This document shows, piece by piece, positions 1-32,800 of a stretch of 64,000 nucleotides of DNA (position 1 is its first letter; each line of letters opens with the position of its first letter). Source of the DNA: Hormiphora californensis (lineage: Eukaryota; Animalia; Ctenophora); the NCBI GenBank assembly GCA_020137815.1, contig CM035350.1, positions 8,742,001 through 8,806,000 of the forward strand. The letters are read 5' to 3'. The position numbers and the translations under genes were made by a program. The notes beneath the pieces are model-generated. The model worked only from the letters and a program-made list of their open reading frames with translations, was not told the origin of the DNA and ran no database searches.

Positions 1-81
1 AGTAAAGGACAGCTTGAGCCATGCTTCAAAGAGCTTGTTAATTCCTTGCAACACATTTTGGATAACATAATTCCAATGCAG

Positions 82-20039
<19,958 letters not shown>

Positions 20040-23000
20040 CCGGTAAAATAAATTCTAATAAACTTGTTGAGTAACAACAATAACAAATGCTACCATGGTT
20101 TGCAGGGCGCAATAACTGAGGTCCTTACCAAAGCCATACTCGGCTAGTTACAATACCAAGTTACCAGAGTTGAGGGTGAATATTCTCACGTGTGTGTTAC
20201 TCTCTACTGAACTCTCTACCACCCAACGGAATATAAAGTCGGATCTGAAACCTCAAATTTAGTATATCAGTCCTTTTCAAAGGAAAACTGAAGGTTCAAA
20301 ATCTAAAAATTAAGGTTTCAGATTCGACTGGTTCCTCTTTTAAATGTGTCTTTCTCTGTACCTTAGGGATCTGGGACTAAATCCTAGATCTAACTCTGAC
20401 AAAGCCCTAACAGTTACACTGTACAACTGTTTTCTTCTCGGTCATAGAATATTCTACTTTCCCTCGATTGTTCTCGAATCCAAAAGCAATACAATTCAAT
20501 CAAATCAACTGAATCGTTTTTCTTCTTCAGCAAGCGTTCACTGACGCGGCATATGCAAAAATCTTTGGGACCTCTAGTGGATAAATATAATAACTATTGG
20601 TATAGAAAGGCAGCAGTGACATTGATAAGGCGTTTACTTAAAGATGGCTCAGTTTTATTAGCCGAGCATTGTTTCATAGGAATAAGTTAGGGGGTTTAGT
20701 AGGAACAATTGGCTTTAAAGCGGACGCTGGACAATTTCACTTTTTCAGCAAGCATTTACAGATGCGCTTTGGGCAAAGGCTTTCAATACCACCGGCTAGA
20801 TGGAAAATGGAGGGGTCAGTGTTAATATCTTATGGGAAAAATTAAAAGCCTATTCGACGCCTTTTTAAATATTGAAAGCAGCCTTTATATCTTTACCCTT
20901 CCAGCATTTCATATTTTCGTCAAATCTCACTTTTTATCTACTAACATTGTACCCATTTTTCAGCAAGCAATCAACAACGCCATCTACAGTGCAATGGGCA
21001 AAAGATAAAAGACCTACACTCACGATCCTTCTTATACTCCTCCTACAAAACCCTCCTTCTGATGGTGCTCAATTGATTTGAGAATTAATGACATTTTGTA
21101 GAAAGAGAACTGCAGGGCACCATGCCCTACCACTATGACATTTTGTAGACATGAGTTATTGATTTTGAGACATTATATTATTTCGTTATGTGTAGATAAG
21201 TGCTGTAAAGTTAGCCGAGCAATTTCAAATGTGACTGACCCCGGCCGTGCTGTGTGAGCTGTACTCAGCAGATGTTTCAACTCAATTTAATATGAGTGGT
21301 GTTGTGAATAACGTTTTATTAAATCAATCAAGATTTTGAATTTCTTTCCTTCAAGTGAGCTAGGTGCACGAAAACGAAAGTTGGAATAATTTCTAAACAA
21401 ATTGTGTGTAACATTCCTTTCATACGTCCATACTCAAGAATCAGGTCTAGACCCCCGCCTGCGTTTTTGCCCATCCCGGTTTTTAATTACGGCCTACAAT
21501 ATACCCTGGATACATAGGAGACATTGAAGTATTAAAAACTTCAATCAAACCTTTGATCAAGTTGCATAACCATGCATAAATATGTTACATGTACATTAGT
21601 CAAATTGTCTAATGGTGTATAATTTGTTTCGACCTTTCTTCTAATTCGCCCCCGGAAAAGCCTCTCTCTCCCTGCACGTTATACACATCTTCCTTTCTCA
21701 ATTCGTTGTAAAGTAGTCCACTAGCCCAGGGTAGCCTATAAGTTGTTCCAGCCTATACCTGAAGGGCCCTTATCGAACTGTTTTATTGTTATTGTTGAAC
21801 CTTTAAATCGTCTCAGTGAAGGTAGGTTTGAGGCTTATTAGTAAAAACGGTGTATTTTATCATCAATTCCATTCGTGAAACTTCCAGGCTTACCAACGAA
21901 ATTTTTGGCAAATACTGTCGGAGACACCTGGCTTAATTAATAGATTGGACGATCAGCTCTGTCTATTTATATTACTACATCAGTGTTAGTTTGTTTTGTG
22001 ATATTATGGGTGGAAAAGGCGAGAACTGGAGGTTCGTGATCGTAACTCCATGCTTTTCAAGATCTGAACGTGAAAGACTTTCCCAGTCTGTCGGATCTCA
22101 CACCAGGCCTCTTGAGTCTTGTCTAGTAAAGTTTGCACGTCGCTCACTATTCACAATGATGTAACAAACTCTTTTTGTATATATTGTGCAGCTGTGTAGC
22201 TGTGTCACGCCAATATAGCTTCAACTGCTGACAGGCCACGTCCATAGTTCATATGGTTTCCCAAACAAAAAGAAAACTAAAATACTTCACATCTTCTCTA
22301 TCACTCTGTATATTAGTATTCACGTACACACTACACATTTGCATGCACACTCCTCTGCACTGCTCTCTTTCTTCTCAGTTTGGGGCGAAGAAGGATCAAA
22401 CCTGTTTCCGTTATGAGGAAGAAAGTCCTAAGCAGCTCCGGGGATTGCTCAAGTAGGTCGCTTAGTTTTAGATTGTTGTCTTGTCAAGTTGTGATTAGTG
22501 TTGTGTAGTGCTATCTAGTGAGTTGTAACAGTGTGATTAATATTGTCTAGCGACTTGTAACAGTGTGACACTTGATAAATTGCAGTGACACATCGTATCT
22601 TCTCCCGTGGGGTTTCCACCGGCTTCACGTATTGTCTTACAAGGACACTGATGAAATCATATGTTATAACAATATGTAGCTGCAGTGTTTGTCATCATTC
22701 CTAGTATCCTGGATCTGTCATCTGATTTAATTCTCCGAAATATGCTACACCAACTCAGGACCAGATGTGTCCTTCATAATACCATAAGATAATAAGATAA
22801 GTTCTTGAGTACCAGCACCTGCCCCTTTCGAATTCTATTCCTGAGTACACATGACGTGTTATGATAGCTCTTCATAAATTGCTAGGAGCGCTATTCTCAT
22901 ATTATATCGATCACAAGTTGGGTATCCGATGACTACCCGGCCACCAGAGAGAATGAGAGCAGAGAGAGAGTTAACTAAGTTGAGTACAACACGGTGTGTG

Positions 23001-23876
23001 CTGCATCAGCAGGGCATACGTCCTGAGCTGCTGTTAGCGGTGGAACGTCTAAAATTTCCCTACATTGCTCTCTCTGATTCTCTCCACATGTGTATGAAAA
23101 TGGACAAAATAACTCGGCGCCTACTGCATATTGCCGGCCGAGCTCTAGGCTCGTCGACTTTCCCCGGCGTTTCCTGCATTTGTAGGCTTTTACCCTGAAC
23201 GTAAATGTGTACATTTCAAATTTAAACTATCCCTACTGCTACAAGTGTGTACATTACTTTCCTGGCTTTCATTGATATTATTGCTTGACAAGCATTGTGT
23301 GTACAAAGAGAAACTACAAATTCGTGCATGTTGATTTGAATTAGAAGTGTTTGCTGGGTTCTACTTCCTCATACCTTCCTTTTCCAACCACTTGCCCCCC
23401 ATTTGTATAGCTGTACTGTTTCTCGTTAGTTTGAGCTGCTGTTTCTCGTTAGTCAGCGGATATAATGCCTGACAGTGGGGACGAAGCAGGTAATTACACA
23501 GAGTATACTCCTAAACATGTCCCTTAAAACATGAGAGATTTGAGAAACACAATGGTTGTTGTGTTTTCAGGTATGCTAATCGAGGTCGCCAGTACATCAC
23601 CAATGATCTCCTAGATTCCTAAAAACATGTTCCATTTCTTCCCTCTCTCTCACACGTCCCTCTCTCTTACCAAACACACGCCGGACAAACCATCCAGTGT
23701 GACTTCTCTCTCTCCAGGACACACATAATGTGATGACACGGCCGTGTCACGGATAGTGTACAGCGCATTTTACTCTCATGTGTATTTAGTAGGACTTGCT
23801 TCCTTGTGTTGTTTTGTCCCGCCATTATAAACTTGTTTACTCGTCCATGTTTGTCAGTTGTTGTGAATGAGTGACA

Positions 23877-26800
23877 ATGACTAAGGAAGACGGTGAAAAG
23901 AAGTCGAAAAAGGCTGAAGATGTCTCAGGTCTGCGTATGACTGTCAGAGCATTGACCCGACAAGCGTATGAAGGAGCTGCTGATTAATCAATTTGTAGCT
24001 AAATAAGTTTCTATCGTTTCAGATAATATATTCGGCCCAAAATGCAAGATAGTGGTGAAACGAGCTACGAACCTCAAAAACAAGTTGAAAGTTGGGACGA
24101 TTGATCCTTATGCAGTTATCACTTTTGAAAGTAAGATCTATGTTTGGTGCAATTTCCCCATGGGATTAATTGACAAGTTGAACTTTCCCACGCAGCGACC
24201 GCTTGTCAGTCCCACACTCTCACAGAATTATCAAAGCGAATGACAGTTCTAAGCCCCTCCCCCCACTTGCAGATCACACTAAGAAGACCAAGGTGAAGGA
24301 TGACACAAAAGATCCAGAGTGGAATGAGGAGTTGGAGTTTCCTAGAGGCACGAGCGACACTGTCAAAGTTCAAGTCAAGGTTTTCCACGAGGAAATGTTT
24401 GGGGATGGAAAGTAAGTAAGCGAGTAGTGATCATGACCGAGACAGATTTGGGGAGTGACAGAAACAAGAGACAGAATGGCCAGAAGAAACATAATTACTA
24501 GCAGCTCTCCCAGCTAGAAATATTATATTAAGTTTCTAGCTGGCAGCTGCTAATGACTCAGTAAACCTAAAAGTGAGGTGTATTTCTTCTTCAGGCTCCT
24601 AGCGTATGGAACGGGGACTATCACCGGCTACACCCGATCAGAATGGCACGACCTTGACATAAAACTGATTGATTCAAAACAGAGACCAACAGAGGTAGGT
24701 AAAAGATCACATTTAAATTAATAGGACAAGTAAGGAACTATGCAGGTGCAGAAACTTAATTGACAAGAACATTTCATTTCAAACATCCATTCCACCTTCC
24801 ACCTCGATATAACTAGGTGCATTTATACAAGGATCGCGGGTCCGGTAAGTTTGACTGCATGTTGGTATGCTACACTATCCCCTACAGGGAGTGCTATCAT
24901 TGGGAGTGGGCGGGGGAGGAGCTGAGGGTATGGACGATCAAGAGTTCGACGAGGCGGATGAAGAGGATGAAGAAATGTCCGGAGAAACAGAGGTAGCAAT
25001 AGCAAATATAGCAGTGGAGAGGGACAAGGTAGTACCACATCATACTAGTAGCGCTAGTGGCGCTGCACCACCTTGTCCCTCTCCACAGCGGGACGTTGTG
25101 GTGTGATGCTACGCATGCGTAGTTATAACAGTAAGAGACACAGTAGTACATGAACGAGCGAAAGGACCGGCAGCAAGATGAAACCCCAGCAACATAACAC
25201 CTTTTATTTTCCTATAGATTGATGGTGACCAGCAACATAAAACCTTTTATTTTCCTACAGATTGATGGTGATGAAAGCCCAGTGACTGGCGGAGTAAAAG
25301 CTGCTAAAAGCAAGAGCAAGAGACGTAAAGGAGGAACAGGGAGAGGAGTCTCTGCTGCAGTTGAGTAAGTGTAGAATATATAATAACAAGTTTTGCCAGA
25401 CAAGAACTCGTTAGTAAACATATTCACACATTCTCAGGGAATATATAATGACAAGTTTTACGAGACAAGTACTCGTTAGTTTCTCAGGGAAAATGGCATT
25501 ATATGACAAGTTTTACGAGACAAGAAATTAATTAATATGATCATATCTCAGGGAAGCAAGAGCAAAGATAAACTTTAACCAGCTGTCAACGAAGGAGGAA
25601 ACATTCCAAATAAGACTGGTGGTTCACAAAGCCCGGCAGTTGTTTGGGTTGGTTGAGAGGCCCCTCGTTAGAATCATGATGAATGGAAAAACACAGAGAA
25701 CTGTACCCCGACATGGCACTACGCCCAAATTCAACGAGACAATAATCTTCTCCATCACCAAGTCTGAAAAGGATCTTCTAGATCTGCCTATTGAACTGTC
25801 TGTGGTCGACTCAGCAGTGGAACCTCCATACAACCTGGTCGGGTTGTATAGTTTCGATTTGACAGTCGCCTGGACTGAGAAAGATAGGCTCTTATCATAC
25901 AAGTGGTTCGCCCTTACAAACCCAGATGAGCCTCAAGATGGCATGACGGTAAGGAAAATCTCAACCTTCATAATATGCGTTGTACATGGTGAAGGTTTAG
26001 TTTTTAACTAGACGACTTGTACAATATAACTAGTTCTAGAGAGCAGATTAATGCTAAACAATCTTAAATCCTAAATCTCCAATGACCAAAGGGTTAAAGA
26101 TGCTATTTATTGATTATATAACTAGTTCTAGAAAGCAGCTTACTCTTAGCACTCTAACAGTGTAACTCGAGGGCACCCTCCCCGCGCCCCCCAACTAGAC
26201 TGCAGGGAAGCTTAGTGCTAAACAATCCCAAATATCTGCTAGATGCACAGCTCTAACTCAGACTCTCTTCCTCCCCAGGGCTACCTCAACATGTCGATGC
26301 AGATAATCAGTGCAGGAGAGATGCACAAGAAACTCCCAAAAAGAAGTGATACGGAGATAGATGTTGCCAGTAATGTGTTCTATCCACCAGGGATCAGTCT
26401 ACAGCCGGGGCATTTTGTTATCAAACTGTACACGGGGGAGGACATGCCGCAAAGTAGGGAGAGTTCACAAAGTCATATCCTTCTAGCACTCTAGCAGCTT
26501 TGTTTGTTAGCTATGGAGCTCGATGTTTTGCTAATAATGTCGTTTATTTTTCAGTGGATTCTGCTACGTTTTCCAACATCAAGAATCTCTTCGTGTCAGG
26601 GGTATTTTGAAACAACATAATATTTTATAGGCATGCTCTTAATTTTTCAGATGGCATACGTCTTTCTCCGAAAGCTAATTTTCGAGCACAGGCATTGTTT
26701 CAGGAAAAACCAGCAGACCTTGTGGATCCGTATGCCGTGTTTGAGTTCGCTGGTACAAAGATCGACTCCATGATTCAACATGGCACTTTTGATCCAACTT

Positions 26801-29800
26801 GGAACCAGAAACTCGTGATAAAGAGCCACTTTCCCTCCATGGCGGAGAACTTTGTCATCCGAGTTATGGACAGGTGGGTCAGTCACACACATCCACCACA
26901 CATATAGAACATGGCTAGACGCACACAGCTGTGTGTGAGCTCCTGTGAGGGCGTGGTAAAATTACACCTGTTTTCATAGTGACGACATGGCCGTGGATGA
27001 TCTCATAGCAACTAAACTCCTGAAAATGAACCACATCTCCTTCTCCTCAACCGACTCCGATCTGGGGTTTCTGCCCACATTTGGACCGGCCTACATTCCT
27101 TTGTACGGCTCTCTGAGAGAGTACAGCGAGGTTTTCAACAAGTATGATGACCTTAACAAGGGAGACGTGAGTGTGAAGAATACAAAGAATTTTAAGAAGA
27201 ATGTTATTTAGAAAGTGCTATATAATGCGGATAATAAAGCAAGGTAGTTACTAAATAACACCCACGGTCAGGATGAGGGAATCGGTTACAGAGGAAGGGT
27301 ACTAGTGGAGATAGCTACACACATGGGCGAACCGGACAGTGGACTGAAAACAAAATCAATCATGGATGACGCAGAAACTATCCCTGTTATGGTGAATTTC
27401 TGCAATTTCACAAGTTGATATCAAAATAATCTCAGATTCGATTGAAGTTAAAAGCTAACAAAAGACATGTATTTCAGGCATCCCTTATGCGGCACAAGTA
27501 CCACCTTTTCGTCTCATTCGATACGGGTAACATGATCAAGGAAACGGATAGCCAAGTAGAGTTTGAAGTGAGCATTGGTGACCATGGAAACACCCTCTCC
27601 TTCCACGAGAGTTCTGCTCCTTCATCAACACAACCGTGTAACGCGGTCTACGATGGAACATATTATCACTACATGCCATGGACCTCATCCAAACCCGCTG
27701 TCATCCTCCACTCTCAGTGGGAGGATGTTGAGTTCAGAGCGGAGAGTTTCAACCTTATGAACTCCCTACTAGAGTTTATGGAGGAACGAGTTCGGAGGTG
27801 CAAGGTGCTCGCTGCAGCATACGCATCTGTGCCTATCTTACAGAACAAGATAGCTGAAGTTGTCAGAGAGATTGTCGAGGAAATGAGGTAGTTTAGAGTG
27901 ACAAATTATGAACTCATTTAATTAATAAATTTCATTAAGACAAGCTGACGAGACAAGATGTTAATTATGGTGTTTCATGACAGGACTCTTGAGTTACCAG
28001 AGTTACCAGAAGCAGCTACTAAATTGGACAGGAATCTTCAAAAACTACGTCTTTATCAAATGGTATGAATATATCTCTCATAAGAAATGTCATGTTTGGT
28101 TACGAAGTCACCCCTAATATACGCTGGGTGAGCTTGCACAGAGGGGTAATCCGTAATTTAATTGCCAAATGTCATGTTAGGTATTAAATAATGTCATCCC
28201 TAAAAATAGGGTAAACTAGAGAAGCCGAAGGATGATGCACCACAGTTTGTTGGGATAGATATGACAGGTGGAGGGGATGTTCTTCTTGATATGGAAACAG
28301 ACAATGAGGTACTGGAACATGTGTTCATATTTTAATGTGAATAATGTGTGTTACTAACTAAGTGTTACACAATTCACTTTCATAGGGTGACGAAGCTGAA
28401 CCGTTGTTGAAGCTGGAAGCTGGAGGCGTTGAGAAAGAGGAAACTGATAAACAATTTGTAAGCCATTTTAAAACTATATATAATGAGCACCCATGGTATC
28501 CCAACTATTTCTATCTCCCAGGATAATCTAGTGGTTGAACTGGAGGCAATAATAACGGGCCAACTCAAGGATGAACGGCCCGCAGAGAAAATAAAGATGT
28601 TAGAGGCAATAACCAGCCGATTCAAGACACTATGCATTGAGGTAATAATAATGATGATCTACTAAATACCATACCAGCTGCATTATTTCCTGCCACTCTT
28701 AATAACACCTGTATGTTCCTGCCACTCCTTTTTATCAAATAACCCCTGCATTTCAGTCCCAGATTATTACTATTTATTAAAACCTGTATTTCAGTCCCAG
28801 ATAAGTGTTCCAGATGTGTTCGTCTGGATGATGAGCGGGTCCACCAGGCTGGCCTACACCCGCATCCCAGTACACGAGATTATCCACACCAGGAACCCCC
28901 GTGCAAGGGGCAAACTGTGCGGCAAAAAGGGGAGTTACTTTCTTAAGAAACCCCTGAAGGATTCAATAGGGGCACATCTCTCTATGACAGTGTGGTTTGG
29001 CAAGTTTGAGCACGTCGCAGAGTCTTTCAAACTCTCATCCAACTCTGAGGTGACTGTGTACGCAGAGACGTATGAAAATGAGGCCTTCTTTGGAACGTGG
29101 GGAACTAAATTCTTGAAGAGCCCAAACTTCTCTGACTTGACAGGAAAGGTGACAGCTTTATAGCGATAGTGTGACGTGCGTTTTGCAGCATACAATAAAC
29201 TTTAATAGCTTTCTTGACAGTCTTTTAAAATCTTTCGAGATATTTCAAGATATTTATTATTTCAAGATATTTCGAAATAAACTTTAAACTAGCAGCTAGT
29301 TACAAAGCTAATTGCAATTGCAACCAATACCATTTTCAGTATGAGATCCCAAAAGAGGCGTTTGCTGCTCCGACCGGGTGGGAGTTTGACGGTGAATGGA
29401 CGATATCAGTGGACCGAAGCCTGGCCTTTGACAACGAACAAGGTCTTTCCGAGTTTAACGAGGTCGCATTTGAGGTGCAGCAAAGAACACCAGGTTCAGC
29501 TTGGACGGACGATGATACGAAGTTGTCCTGGCAGAACGAGGCAGGTGAGGATGGGGCGAACAGGGACGAGCTGGCCCCATGTCCCGAGGGTTGGGAGTGG
29601 AATGGGGAGTGGAGGATCGAGAAGAAGAGGGCGGTGGATAGTGAGGGGTGGGAGTACACCGAGGAGATAGACTACGAGAATTATGGTCCTATTGAGAGGA
29701 ATTACCACCAGGCACGGAGAAGGAAGTGGACCTGCCTCCGTGTCCGTACTAACGAGAACACCAAGGTCAGTTATCACTTCGGAGAGCGATATTTTATAGT

Positions 29801-32800
29801 AGATGAGCATTTTCTTAAGAAGAATCTATGGAATAATATAAAATGAGCATTTTCTTAAGAAGAACGTATAGTTAACAAGACTAAATACCTTGCATGATCT
29901 GTCTGGCGTCGAGACTCCATCTGAGCGCACTGTCACACGCTCAGATTAGAGAATTTGACAATCAAAAGGGCGTCCTGACAAGAAGCATATAACTATATGA
30001 GCTAAATGAATTGATTCCCCATTTCCCCAGAAAAAGCAGCCCGAGGGTGATCCCGAAGGGTGGGAATACAGCAAGCTATTCACCACCAAGTTCCACTCTG
30101 TTAAAAAGCCCTTTGATATTGTTAGAAGGAGAAGGTGGAACAGAAAGCTCACAAGTGATGTACCCGTTCCTGTGGTATTCTCATTCCAGGTACATTCAGA
30201 GCTCTCCAAATCTTATCATCAGGAACCGACCGAAATACTGGTCCCTGATTGGCTGATAACCGGTCACGTGACCTAAATAACGAGTTCTGATTGGTTGTTT
30301 ACTTGTTTCGGTCGGTTCCTGCTTATCATATTGCACCAGTCTTTCAACAATCAACATAACAAACATTACCCCCCAAAGGATGGCAAGAAAAAGGGAGACA
30401 AGTTTGTTATTTCACCCCGAGTAATGATTGAATATCCCACGGAAAATGTTAAAAAGTACCAACTCAGAGCGTATCTCTACCAAGCGAGAGGTCTGCTGGG
30501 GGCAGATCCCTCCGGTTACTCGGACCCCTATGCTCGGGTTATCTTTGGGAACCGGAGCGGCAGCACAGGGGTGGTCTCCCAAACATGTAGCCCACTGTGG
30601 GACACCACCATCGTTCTCAACAATATCGAGATTTGTGGTGACTGCGAGGAGGTATCCAGTAATCCTCCCCACATTGTCATTGAGCTCTTTGATGATGATC
30701 GGCTGGTAAGATTTTATTGAAAACCTTTATTGTTGCATGAGCCATGACACATGTTATCGTGCCGAACTGAATCCTCTTTTTTATACTCTCTTTTGAACTC
30801 TTGCACTATGTTTGTGGGTATTGTGGATATTCTTGTGAAGCCCAGCATGCACTCTTCTTATATTTTCTACAGAACCAAGCCCTGGTCCCCAGCAAGGGAC
30901 CAAAGAAGAAAGCACCACCTGTCATGGGTATATCTCCGGTTATGATTGAGGCTAAAAAAGGAGCTTTTGTGAGTAGCATGTGATACTACACCACGATACT
31001 ACAGACCATATAAACTACCTTATCGAGAGGCACTGTCATACTAAGGACGCATTGATGTTTCACTATCCCAACAACTAACTTAACCTCCCTATAACAGGTG
31101 AGCCATGATAGGCTGGGGCGAGTGGTCTGTAAGCCAATGATAATCTCCAGCGCAGAGGATAGTAAGAAGACAAAGCTAGAATGGTACCCTGTTTGTGGGA
31201 CGAAACGATCAAAGGGTGAAATACTTGCAGCTTTTGAATTATACGAGGTATGAATGGTGGTACACACAACAGCCACGCGACTAGTCAGACCCCGATTTAC
31301 CGGGATGATCTCGGGGAAAGGATTTTGCCCGGTAAATCGGGGTTTCGTTAAATCGGGGTTCCGTTAAATCGGGGTCTGACTGTAGTAGGATAGATATATC
31401 TAGCCATTCTAAACAGTACAAACTAAATTAAGCACGTTGTTAAAGATTTTGGTAAAGGTATGCAGAGATAACCACACCTTGCCTTCCACACCTTAAACTC
31501 AATTTAACTCATCCTTCTAATCCCTATCTATTATTAAGGGTACACCGACCGAAATTTTTTGTCGAGTGCAGGGCAATCTCTCACCGTAGGGTTGTAGGCC
31601 ATGCCTAGGAGACCTCAAATATGCAATTTTAGCCCTTAAGTCGAATTCATATTTTTGCTACAGCTGTTTAAAAAATGTCCTGTAAATTCGTTTTTGGCAT
31701 CTCAAAAAAATTTTTTTAAAGATAGGAGCATGAAAATTTGAGGATTTGAAGAGGACATGAAGGTGAATAACCACAAAAAATTTTTTTGCAATCCGAGCTG
31801 ATTTCCGGTCCTGAGATGGATTTCTTTTTTTCCACTTTAACGCCCTATTTGGCAAAGTTCCGAAAACATGTGAAAGCTGTAAATTGGTGAAAAGTTGCGT
31901 CTAACGATTATCTAAGTGGCCATAAATTTTGGGCGTATCCTTATTTGATATAAGCTGTACAGAGTTTTTTTTGTGAAAGCCGTCATTTCAGAAATAAATA
32001 AATTCCCTGTATCTCAAAAACGGCTGATCGTAGAGACCTGAGACTATGCTTAAACGATTCAGAAGGTCCGATTTTGGGGGGGTCTTCTGGGAGACATTTT
32101 GCTCCTACTTCAACCGTTTTTGCTGTAATTGCGAAAAACAAAAATTCATCTTCGCCATCGTGGATTTTTTGTGATTTTGTTTTTGGTGATTATAGGGACC
32201 CATATGGACCAAATAGTGAAGGAATTAGCTTGTTACACATTTTTCCATCGTTTCGGTCCTTTCCTAGCCAAAATTCCCTAATTACAGGATATTGGAGTTT
32301 AGCTTTTGCCCTTTTCATAGAATTTGTTTTTCGCAGTTACAGCAAAAACGGTTGAAGTAGGAGCAAAATGTCTCTCAGAAGACCCCCCCAAAATCGGACC
32401 TTCTGAATCGTTTAAGCATAGTCTCAGGTCTCTACGATCAGCCGTTTTTGAGATACAGGGAATTTATTTATTTCTGAAATGACGGCTTTCACAAAAAAAA
32501 CTCTGTACAGCTTATCTCAAATAAGGATACGCCCAAAATTTATGGCCACTTAGATAATCGTTAGACGCAACGTTTCACCAATTTACAGCTTTCACATGTT
32601 TTCGGAACTTTGCCAAATAGGGCGTTAAAGTGGAAAAAAGAAATCCATCTCAGGACCGGAAATCAGCTCGGATTGCAAAAAAATTTTTTGTGGTTATTCA
32701 CCGTCATGTCCTCTTCAAATCCCCAAATTTTCATGCTCCTATCTTTAAAAAAATTTTTTTGAGATGCCAAAAACGAATTTACAGGACATTTTTTAAACAG

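Noticed and set aside
22929-23214. Overlapping 89-aa and 79-aa ORFs upstream of ferlin B
   Set aside because: No recognisable motif or supporting splice structure.
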